The notes beneath the pieces are model-generated. The model was not told the DNA's origin, made no database searches, and saw only the letters and a program-made list of their open reading frames with translations. Position numbers and translations under genes: made by a program. A DNA stretch of 64,000 bases, taken from IMG/VR virus record IMGVR_UViG_3300050491_000011; one strand, written 5' to 3'. This document shows positions 56,143 to 64,000 of the stretch, in pieces; position 1 is the stretch's first letter; each line of letters opens with the position of its first letter. The stretch is from a virus (Duplodnaviria; Caudoviricetes).

Positions 56143-56292
56143 GTTAAAGAGCTTTCTTCCTTATTCTAGAGGAGACGTAGTAACCTAGACTAGAAGTCTA
56201 GGGGACGAAGTCGACGATGGACTAACGTGAAGGAGTCGTAGACGACTGAACCTCTCTAGTTCTTTACTAGGGAAGGGGAGGGGGCTTTTTGC
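56143..56292 (+). ncRNA. Candidate structured ncRNA 4
   Basis: Starts at TATG 56140-56143; 17-bp closing stem 56146-56162/56274-56290 with 6 G-U pairs; internal perfect hairpins. Confidence 0.55.
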
Positions 56293-56359
56293 TGTATAGT
56301 TAAATTTACTTGGGTGATACATTACAAACCCGATATGTAAACCCCCGAGGAACAACACC

Positions 56360-56986
56360 ATGATTACTGGCACGATGAGATTCGCAGCAGGTTGTGTATT
56401 AGCCGCAGGCGGCCTCTTGGTGACGTATAAGGCAGGGATGGACCTGTACGACAAGCATCAAGAGAACAAGAAGATCCGCGCCTATCTAGAGGCGCTTAGA
56501 ATCCACAACAGCTATTACGAAGAAGAGTACAAGCTGTCCAAACACGACTACATGGAACGACTAGCTGTACCGTTTCGTTATGTCCACCGATTTCCTTACG
56601 TCAACTGCACTAAAGCTGAGAAGTACGAAATCTTAATGTGTCCCTTCGGGGTACTCATTAATCACGACGTAGCGCTTATGCTGGCATGCGCTATGGCAGT
56701 TAAGCAGTATCAGTACGACTACCCTAAGATTCTTGGCGGTGGTCCGCTGGTGTGGTCCTCGGCGCAAACACGGTACGTCACTCAAGACAATCTGGAAAGC
56801 GGTATGCGTGACCTCTTCCATGCTGAGTACACGGCCGAACATTACCTCGATCAATGCCTGTACTTCCGTAAACAAATGAAAGAACACAAGGGAGAGGCGA
56901 TAGTCCTCTTCGTCCAGAAACAATCCAAAATCATTCGCCACTTACTCAATGATGATTCATTCGAGCCCGGCGAAGACATGCTCTAA
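56360..56986 (+). CDS. Hypothetical protein with N-terminal membrane anchor
   Basis: GAGGA SD; own TATG at about 56334. Confidence 0.8.
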   Translation: MITGTMRFAAGCVLAAGGLLVTYKAGMDLYDKHQENKKIRAYLEALRIHNSYYEEEYKLSKHDYMERLAVPFRYVHRFPYVNCTKAEKYEILMCPFGVLINHDVALMLACAMAVKQYQYDYPKILGGGPLVWSSAQTRYVTQDNLESGMRDLFHAEYTAEHYLDQCLYFRKQMKEHKGEAIVLFVQKQSKIIRHLLNDDSFEPGEDML

Positions 56987-56997
56987 GGAGAGTAGCA

Positions 56998-57372
56998 ATG
57001 CCAGAAGCTAAAGAAGTACTCAGCCCTGAAGTGGAACGTTTCCACAATAACCTCGAGTTTACACTCGAGTGCATCACGACTCCTGAAACAGTAAAGAAGA
57101 TCCTCGGTGATTTGGCTGCTAAAGGCTACCACCTGGAACTGTGGCAGAAGATGGCACACCCTCCCAGGCTCCCCGGTGACTTTGACTTCAACGAAACTTA
57201 CGAACCTGAGCGCGGTGCTCCGGAAGCAGATGACGGCATCTACGCTAACCTGGGTTATTACATCGCACGATACACCGGTCTGAGCGTCCGTGCTGATCAG
57301 GTGGCGTACCTGATGGGTCAGATGCGTGAAGAGCTTCAGTACGAGTTCTTCTATCGTCCAGTAAGCGCCTAA
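56998..57372 (+). CDS. Hypothetical protein (124 aa)
   Basis: TAAGGAG SD. Confidence 0.85.
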   Translation: MPEAKEVLSPEVERFHNNLEFTLECITTPETVKKILGDLAAKGYHLELWQKMAHPPRLPGDFDFNETYEPERGAPEADDGIYANLGYYIARYTGLSVRADQVAYLMGQMREELQYEFFYRPVSA

Positions 57373-57378
57373 CGGCAT

Positions 57379-57422
57379 ACAGAGCGTGGGGCAACCCACG
57401 CTCTGTTTACTTCTTTTTTTTT
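57379..57422. terminator. Terminator, twin of 35838-35881
   Basis: 12-bp stem, GCAA loop, T-run. Confidence 0.85.
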
Positions 57423-57424
57423 GT

Positions 57425-58105
57425 CTACGCAGCGCGCAAGTTCTGAGGAAGGAAACCCTTCACCATCTTGTTGTTCACTTTGTGCAGACATTCGATACGC
57501 AGGATCTGACCATCGAGGTTGAGGTCAAGGCCTTTGTTCGGAGCGAACTGACGATCGCCAGACTTCCACATCACGTAATCATCAGGCTTGCCGATACCAA
57601 CAGGCCAGATGATGCTCATGTACACGTCCCCAAGGTTCTGGATACGTTTGGCGTACGGTTTGAAGTAACGTTCGACGTAATCCAATTGCTCGATCACGGT
57701 CATCTTCGCCAACTTCGCTGTAGTCGTACCCATTCCAGCAGCGGTAGCTTCCATGAACTGGATCAGACCGGTAGCTGTGGAGACAGGACTACGAACAGAT
57801 GCCGTGAACGCTTCACCGGTTTCCCACGCCATGCAGGCCATGAGATCGTTGATGGATTCTTTCGGCAGACCGAGATTGGCGATAACCTGAGCGAGCTTAG
57901 CGATCTCAGCCGGAGTAAACTTATTACCCCAGCAGACCTTGTTCACACCCAGAGGTTTGCTCGCATCGACAGCGCTCTTGATGAGTGCGTACATTGCGTT
58001 CTGAGAGTTTTTACCCCAGACACCATCAGCAACCCCGCAATTGAAGCCGAGTTGATTCAGGTAGCCTTGGGTTTGCTTGATCGTGAAATCCGAAGGGATT
58101 GGCAC
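57425..58105 (-). CDS. Endolysin-like protein: peptidoglycan-binding domain plus lysozyme/lytic transglycosylase domain
   Basis: LNQLGF..G.ADG.WG..S PG-binding motif; WETG (catalytic Glu) and ATGLIQFM motifs. Confidence 0.8.
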   Translation of the reverse strand: MPIPSDFTIKQTQGYLNQLGFNCGVADGVWGKNSQNAMYALIKSAVDASKPLGVNKVCWGNKFTPAEIAKLAQVIANLGLPKESINDLMACMAWETGEAFTASVRSPVSTATGLIQFMEATAAGMGTTTAKLAKMTVIEQLDYVERYFKPYAKRIQNLGDVYMSIIWPVGIGKPDDYVMWKSGDRQFAPNKGLDLNLDGQILRIECLHKVNNKMVKGFLPQNLRAA

Positions 58106-58116
58106 AGATCTTCTCC

Positions 58117-58740
58117 TTAAATGGTTTTGAGATGAGACAATGCAACTTGCACTGCGTCAAACTCACCAGTCGGAAGGGTGACAAGGTCAACATGGTGGCT
58201 GACCGTATCGCGAGTGTAATCGATCCCGAGGTTCTGAGAGGTGAGACTCAGTGGCTGACCAGCGACTGCGTTGAACGTCATGGTGATTTCCACGGCATCC
58301 AACCCAGCCCACTTGGCCATGGTTTCCACGAACACCTTGCTTTGAGCGAGGATGTTTGCTTTCTCGAGATCGCCGAGCATCTCAGCCCCTGCTTCCGCGT
58401 AATGCGTGTAGTAGGAGTTGACTGCCCAGTATTCCGCCATGATTGGCGTTGCCACGAGGCCACGGGTAAACGTGTCGAACCACTTCGTACCGTTGGGAGC
58501 ATCCAGCAGCGTCCCAGCAGCGTACTGTGCGGCGGTTTCTGGCTTACTAGAGTAAGTCATCACCTGATACTCCAACACGCCCACAGAAGCTCGTGGGCCG
58601 TTACAGACCCAACGTGCTGCGTGGATGCGAGCGTATTGAGCCAGCCCAGGCGCTCGGTACAGAAACAGTCCACGATCCAGCCCGACGTACGGGTTAGTCG
58701 ATTGGACATTGGTAGGAATCTCTGGTACTGGCTGTGTCAT
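58117..58740 (-). CDS. Hypothetical, probably virion-associated protein
   Basis: Lies within the tail-tip operon. Confidence 0.7.
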   Translation of the reverse strand: MTQPVPEIPTNVQSTNPYVGLDRGLFLYRAPGLAQYARIHAARWVCNGPRASVGVLEYQVMTYSSKPETAAQYAAGTLLDAPNGTKWFDTFTRGLVATPIMAEYWAVNSYYTHYAEAGAEMLGDLEKANILAQSKVFVETMAKWAGLDAVEITMTFNAVAGQPLSLTSQNLGIDYTRDTVSHHVDLVTLPTGEFDAVQVALSHLKTI

Positions 58741-58760
58741 CTAAACGTTTCCTTAAAGGA

Positions 58761-59504
58761 TCATGGTAGAGGGTTCCACGCCGCCGTCAGTTTAGTCGGT
58801 ACGTCGTAGTTGCCTTGAGTTGCAGGAATTGCAGAACCGATCGGCGCTTGACTAACACGGAACGTATCGATCCGCAAGCACGTCGAGAACGACATCGCAA
58901 CGATACCAGCCGCACCAGTGGTGATACGGCCAATGTACATTACAGATACCGATTCAGGTGGAGAGTCAGCTCGGCACTGATAGGTCACGATGCCGAACGT
59001 CGAACGAACGTAAACGTAGAACGTCTTGTTCGCTGGCGCTGGATCGATAGCCAATAGGTTGATAGACGTAGGTTGGAGAACATACGGCGTACCCGAGAGG
59101 ATGGTATTCATCACCCGCCCACAGGAAGCCACCCAACCATTGAACGTCCACTGAGCATCGACTTGAGCATCGGTCAACTCATCCACCACACCGTAACTGG
59201 AGACAGGTACGATCGAGATCGGAACCTTCTGCCCCAACTTCTGGTTAATGGTGTTCGCCGTATACGAGCCGATGGTATCCATGTTCTCGCCGTGCGGGTT
59301 ATTTCTTAGCGCGATGTGTGCAGCCAGCGCATCACGCGCTGGCTTAAGCAGACCGAGCCAATCAAACTGATTACCGATCAGATCAGCGGTATCCGCTTCA
59401 AGAGCCAATGCCCGCTTACGAGCGAGCAGCCGCTTGATCTGTTCTTGGTAATGTCTGAAGTACTTGCTGACCAGGAGATACCCGGCCGTAACTGGACCGC
59501 TCAT
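58761..59504 (-). CDS. gp131-like tail-tip paralog
   Basis: H...RNNPHG motif and C-terminal YIG.I.T....R...GSAIP; start at MSGPV from GGGAGG SD. Confidence 0.7.
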   Translation of the reverse strand: MSGPVTAGYLLVSKYFRHYQEQIKRLLARKRALALEADTADLIGNQFDWLGLLKPARDALAAHIALRNNPHGENMDTIGSYTANTINQKLGQKVPISIVPVSSYGVVDELTDAQVDAQWTFNGWVASCGRVMNTILSGTPYVLQPTSINLLAIDPAPANKTFYVYVRSTFGIVTYQCRADSPPESVSVMYIGRITTGAAGIVAMSFSTCLRIDTFRVSQAPIGSAIPATQGNYDVPTKLTAAWNPLP

Positions 59505-59515
59505 GATGACCTCCC

Positions 59516-60196
59516 TTAAGTCGTCCAACCACTGTTGATAGTGGATGGAGCCGCCTGTGTACCAGTAGACGCAGGGATAGCCTGACCACGAGGTGTTTGC
59601 GTTACCGCATACATGCCGAGTCGAACGATCTGCACCATCGCTGGAGTCCAAACACCCCCAGCGTAGTTCACAGCGCCGAAGATGATCTTGTTCAACGATT
59701 CAGTGACGTTGGTAGTCACCCCCAATGTAGCGACGCGGTTAGGCGCCAGTCCACTGATGGTGACAGTCACGTACTGTCTGGCAGATGTACTCAAGGTGAG
59801 ATTAGCTGCCGCTACGTTGACCTTACGACCTTGGTAGATCATGGTGAATGCAGGAATGTTTAGAGTCCCTGCCCCCACCGTCACCGCTACCAAAGGAACC
59901 TTACTAACAGGTATTGCATCCTTCGGATAGTAGTTGACCTTCTGAAGATCGTACTGAGTCTTCGACATACCGCCAAGCAGGGCGAGAGTATCGCCGTGAG
60001 CATTGACGGTGTCTTCGTGAGTCTTGACTTCCCCACGGATCAAAGCAACGAGGTCCGCAAGCGAATACCCATTGATACGATCCGTGTTGTACGCACGTAC
60101 TGCGAATTGCGCAGCTTGTTTGATAAGCCTGTAGATCTCTGTCTTCCAGAGAGCGTACTTATCCTCCAAGTCCTGCCGGATCTCTTCTTCCGTCAT
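59516..60196 (-). CDS. gp131-like tail-tip paralog
   Basis: H...NAHG..L and C-terminal R...GQAIPAS.G. Confidence 0.7.
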   Translation of the reverse strand: MTEEEIRQDLEDKYALWKTEIYRLIKQAAQFAVRAYNTDRINGYSLADLVALIRGEVKTHEDTVNAHGDTLALLGGMSKTQYDLQKVNYYPKDAIPVSKVPLVAVTVGAGTLNIPAFTMIYQGRKVNVAAANLTLSTSARQYVTVTISGLAPNRVATLGVTTNVTESLNKIIFGAVNYAGGVWTPAMVQIVRLGMYAVTQTPRGQAIPASTGTQAAPSTINSGWTT

Positions 60197-60198
60197 GA

Positions 60199-63138
60199 TT
60201 ATCTCCAGTTCAGGCGGCCAGGTGTGTTAGGCGTACCGGAGGTGAGAGGGATACCAGAACCTTGCGATGCACGAGCAAGAACCATTCCGCCAATAGCAAC
60301 ACGCTTCGCAGTGATAACTGCGTTGAGACCAGCGTTCGTAGTGGTGAAGTAACCGAGGTACAACGAAGCCTCAGCCACTGGAGTAGCTGTAGAGCTATCC
60401 ACGATCTTGTACGACAACACACCGGCGATCTTCACGATCCAGACGTGATACGTCTTATTGATGTCCACCCCCGGATTCAGTTCGTAGGTAGTCTGTCCAA
60501 TCGACTGGAAGACGCCGTCCAGCATTGCTGGCGCATCGTCCGAGAAGTAAACAGTCCACGCACTCACCGTCTTCTGGGAGACGATCACGATCGAGTTGTT
60601 GATATCGGAAATCCGTGTATCGTAGATCTCAGCAAGCCCTTGAGTCGGTGGCTCGGTTGTGGCGATCAATGTCCCGATCATCTTCGTACCGCAGTCGATC
60701 TGACCACGGATAAACTCGGACGACTTCGTGTAGTACAAACCACGGTTAGGGAAGTTCAAGAAACCACACGGAGCTACCTGAACGTAATCCCAGAACGGCG
60801 CTCCGATGAACGTCCAAACTCCGCCAGTCCATGTGGCGAGATTCATCAAAGCTTCACGGTCACCGGATACCCAGTTCACGATTGCTGGCATCAGACCCAG
60901 CGTGAAGCCGTTGCTGGTTGGACGGATACAGGTTTGGCCTGACTCAGCCCAGTAGTCCAGCGAGATGGAAACGCCCGCGCCGTAGATACTGTTGATGTAT
61001 TTGAACGTACCGGTCTGAAGTGAAGCCCCTGTGACGTTCTGGCGGTTACCCGAGATATCCACACTACAGATGAACAAACGGGTGATGCGGTCACTGCCGA
61101 TGAACATACCGCAGACAAATGGAGGTAAGCCACCATATCGCTGAGGGACGTTCAGTTCGAACAACACGTTCTCGCCAGTGTTAGGGCCGTAATACAAACC
61201 GAACCCTAACGAACCCAACAGGTTGATGACCTGCTGTTTCAGACTATCCATCACAGCCTGATACGTTTGCACCGTGCCGGACGCAGTCATGTTCTCATCG
61301 ATGTTGTACGAGCGAACCAGCGGACCATCCCTGCTGGCGAAACGAGCCTGACTAACCGTTGAACCACTAGGGTCGGATTCGTTCAACAACTGAAGACAGT
61401 TAGTTTCAGGAATCCCGAGAGCCGACAACTGATACCGGTTCTTAGTTGGTGCGAAGCCGAGATAACCGAACGTGCCAGTAACGGACGAATAACGATAATT
61501 CGGAGCACCTTCCAGAACGCAACGCACACCCCACCGACCGTATTGATTGGCAGCATTACGTGAGTTGTTCACGCAGTTAACCACGTAGTCACCCACGTTG
61601 GAGTGAGCTGCGAACGATTCGGTCAGACCGCTACCGTAACGACCAGTGACGTTCAGACCGAGGGTCTTAGGTCCCCACGGGGTACGAGCATCAAAGATGA
61701 CGAACGGGTCAGCGTTCTGATCATGATCCATGCGGTACAGCGTACGGGCCGTGTAGTACGTGGACGTCTGGTGAGTCCACATCTGGTTGAACTTGGTGGT
61801 GTATAGCGACGAAGCCGACTGACCACCGAGCGTTGATCCGTAGATCCCAGAGATTTGAGCTGGGCACGCTGGACTGTCGTTGAACGTAAACACCGAGCCG
61901 TTATAATTACAGACGGCTTTCTGGTTGTAGTAACGTGCGACGTCAATGACCTTGTTGTCAGGGATCAGGAAATTGAAGAAGTAGTTACGACCGAGCTCAG
62001 CCGTAGCGCCATCACCAGCGTAGAACTGCTGATAGAACAGCTGCCAGATGTTGACGCGACCATCTTCACGGACCATCGCCTGACGTGCAGGTGTCGAGTT
62101 GGTCAATGAGTGCAGGCCGGCAGGCTGACCAGTCAATACGAATGGGGCAGCCGGACTATCGAACAGCACGATGTCATCGCTACCGACAACGCCACCTGAA
62201 CCACGGTTAATGGTCCAGCCAGTTACTCGCTCGAACCCACCCAGCACGCCAGAGATCAGGTTAGCGACAGGGCAGCGCCATACGCGATACCCGATCTTAC
62301 CTTCAGCGAACAGGTCGATTAGGAAGTAAGCCCAACCATTTTTGATGTAGCCCATCGGAACGCCACGCTGACCAGGACCTTCCTGAGCCGGCACTTCCAT
62401 GTATTGTCTTAGGACTACGTTGAAGAGATAGCCTTCAGGGATGAAGAAGCCCGTGTGTTTCGTATGGTCCATCGTGTTGTTTGTAAGCGACACGAAGTAT
62501 CCGTTACGGGCACCATCCGATTTGTTACACATCACGCCGATGATGAGGTCTTGGCTACCATGAAGGATTGCCATTGCTCGTTTGTCGGCTGGGAAATAAG
62601 CCGGCTCATAGCGGGTGTTGGACATGATGATCTTACTGAGATCAGTCTCAGTCATGGCATTACGGATGTAACTGTAGTAAACCCCTTTGGAGTCACCGTC
62701 AGTGCCTGTCCGCAACATCATCAATGTACCGTTGTCTTCCATCATCATTGCAACGGTACTCCAAGGAGTCAGGTTAGAACCCGACTCGAAGGAACCCGTG
62801 ATGTTCGGTGGAAGGAACTCACGGTCACCGTAGAAAGACATTGGAACGCCAGAGTCCGCATCCAAGATGAGGTCGAGGCTGGCGTCGAACTCTGCCTTGT
62901 TATAACTGCCAAGACTGTTCGGAACATCCTGGTGGACATTCTGACCACGCTTGTTTGTGTGCGCAGTTACTTCAGCAAGCAATTGTGCCTGAACTTGAGC
63001 CGCTGTTTTGTGCTCCAGCGTGTCCGCATAGTCAGCATGCTGGGTACGATCAGCTGGCCGTGCCAACGCAGCCGCGAGCTCAGTTTTGAAATGCCTGAAC
63101 CCCGCGGTGACAGCAGCTAAGGCTGTAGTCTTCGACAT
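60199..63138 (-). CDS. Large gp131-like tail fibre / tail-tip protein
   Basis: 979 aa; N-terminal H...NVH, beta-rich middle, C-terminal YLG.F.T...GSGIP..SG. Confidence 0.75.
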   Translation of the reverse strand: MSKTTALAAVTAGFRHFKTELAAALARPADRTQHADYADTLEHKTAAQVQAQLLAEVTAHTNKRGQNVHQDVPNSLGSYNKAEFDASLDLILDADSGVPMSFYGDREFLPPNITGSFESGSNLTPWSTVAMMMEDNGTLMMLRTGTDGDSKGVYYSYIRNAMTETDLSKIIMSNTRYEPAYFPADKRAMAILHGSQDLIIGVMCNKSDGARNGYFVSLTNNTMDHTKHTGFFIPEGYLFNVVLRQYMEVPAQEGPGQRGVPMGYIKNGWAYFLIDLFAEGKIGYRVWRCPVANLISGVLGGFERVTGWTINRGSGGVVGSDDIVLFDSPAAPFVLTGQPAGLHSLTNSTPARQAMVREDGRVNIWQLFYQQFYAGDGATAELGRNYFFNFLIPDNKVIDVARYYNQKAVCNYNGSVFTFNDSPACPAQISGIYGSTLGGQSASSLYTTKFNQMWTHQTSTYYTARTLYRMDHDQNADPFVIFDARTPWGPKTLGLNVTGRYGSGLTESFAAHSNVGDYVVNCVNNSRNAANQYGRWGVRCVLEGAPNYRYSSVTGTFGYLGFAPTKNRYQLSALGIPETNCLQLLNESDPSGSTVSQARFASRDGPLVRSYNIDENMTASGTVQTYQAVMDSLKQQVINLLGSLGFGLYYGPNTGENVLFELNVPQRYGGLPPFVCGMFIGSDRITRLFICSVDISGNRQNVTGASLQTGTFKYINSIYGAGVSISLDYWAESGQTCIRPTSNGFTLGLMPAIVNWVSGDREALMNLATWTGGVWTFIGAPFWDYVQVAPCGFLNFPNRGLYYTKSSEFIRGQIDCGTKMIGTLIATTEPPTQGLAEIYDTRISDINNSIVIVSQKTVSAWTVYFSDDAPAMLDGVFQSIGQTTYELNPGVDINKTYHVWIVKIAGVLSYKIVDSSTATPVAEASLYLGYFTTTNAGLNAVITAKRVAIGGMVLARASQGSGIPLTSGTPNTPGRLNWR

Positions 63139-63165
63139 CGTAGAAACTCCTGGATGCGCTGTGGT

Positions 63166-63810
63166 TTAAAGTAACGCCAATTCACTAGCACCCTGTTCGA
63201 AGCAGAAAGCGAGCTTCATGCAGAAGTCATCGATCGAATCGAACTTCTTGCTGACCTGAGTCAGGAGCAATTGACGAGACGCCAGATCACCGTCGCGGAT
63301 AGCCGCAGCGATATCAGCATTGGACTCGACAATATACTTCATGCCGTACAGATCGTAGGCGCTGTGCAAGTGCGGTGCAGGAACGAACTGAGAAGGAACC
63401 CCGATGAGGTCACCCCACGCCACTGGGCGGTTATCGTTCTGCAACGCCTCGATAGCTTGTTTGAGTGCATACGTAGAGAATGAAAATTCACCACCTACGT
63501 ACTGGCACGTCAAAAGGATGTTGGTGCTGACATCCGGGTTGACGATCTGCACTGCCGAATAGACAGCCTGCCCGGCAGCGTTGGACGCTTCCCGGTAGTA
63601 GTGAACCAGGTTGTAGTCATCGACCGCGTCCAGTTCACGGCCGTTAGCCGCATCCTTGATGATGAGACCAGAGTTGCCGAAGAACGGACCGTAGTCAGCC
63701 ACAAAGATCCGGCCTTTCACTGATCCAATCGAGTGCGCCTCATCGACCACTTTGTTGTTAGGACTAGTCCCAAACAGGTCGAGAGGATATTTGAAGATAG
63801 TGTTAGCCAT
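63166..63810 (-). CDS. Virion structural protein (phiKZ gp130-like N-terminal domain)
   Basis: YPLD..G....N.V..E.H, GPFF, YQ.VGGE-like YVGGEFS, W..L...P..F.P.PH.H. Confidence 0.7.
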   Translation of the reverse strand: MANTIFKYPLDLFGTSPNNKVVDEAHSIGSVKGRIFVADYGPFFGNSGLIIKDAANGRELDAVDDYNLVHYYREASNAAGQAVYSAVQIVNPDVSTNILLTCQYVGGEFSFSTYALKQAIEALQNDNRPVAWGDLIGVPSQFVPAPHLHSAYDLYGMKYIVESNADIAAAIRDGDLASRQLLLTQVSKKFDSIDDFCMKLAFCFEQGASELALL

Positions 63811-63875
63811 TTCAGCATAACCCCGAAAGAAGAGGATTGGAGATTACTAGCCGCTCGAGTACAAAGGATTTGCGC

Positions 63876-63998
63876 TTACGCAGTCCAAGCAGGATTGAGC
63901 TGAGCCATGAGATCAGGCGAGCTGGGAGTTACAGGGATAGCCGAGCCCACAGGCACCACAGAGACACGATAAGTGTCAAGGCGGGTAACCCGACTGAA
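63876..63998 (-). CDS. 3' end of another gp131-like paralog (5' part outside the window)
   Basis: FSRVTRLDTYRVSVVPVGSAIPVTPSSPDLMAQLNPAWTA*, same C-terminal motif as 58761..59504. Confidence 0.7.
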   Translation of the reverse strand, partial: FSRVTRLDTYRVSVVPVGSAIPVTPSSPDLMAQLNPAWTA

Positions 63999-64000
63999 GC

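Overview
The window is a 64-kb piece of a phiKZ-related (nucleus-forming, Chimalliviridae-like) jumbo phage genome. This assignment rests on recalled gene order and protein motifs, not on database searches. The core block at 35.9-64 kb encodes, in order: DnaB-like helicase, major capsid protein, a non-virion RNA polymerase beta-type subunit, a CYTH protein, RuvC, baseplate-type structural proteins, portal, a PG-binding/lysozyme-like endolysin and gp131-like tail-tip paralogs. A 16-kb array at 15.8-32.1 kb holds about 20 paralogous virion genes built from three recurring modules. Accessory regions (0-15.5 kb and 32.2-35.8 kb) hold small hypothetical genes. The strongest unexplained signals are at the RNA level. 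Eleven accessory genes share a covarying 4-bp hairpin that displays the Shine-Dalgarno in a G(A/T)GGA pentaloop. Four intergenic, ORF-poor, structured candidate ncRNAs (10.2, 13.5, 15.6, 56.1 kb) each begin at a TATG. At the protein level the highlights are an SF2 helicase-ART-like-head-domain fusion with S-x-E protease motifs at the domain junctions, and a possible divergent PicA/Imp1-like nuclear import paralog. I saw no tRNA, rRNA, CRISPR array, integrase or transposase.
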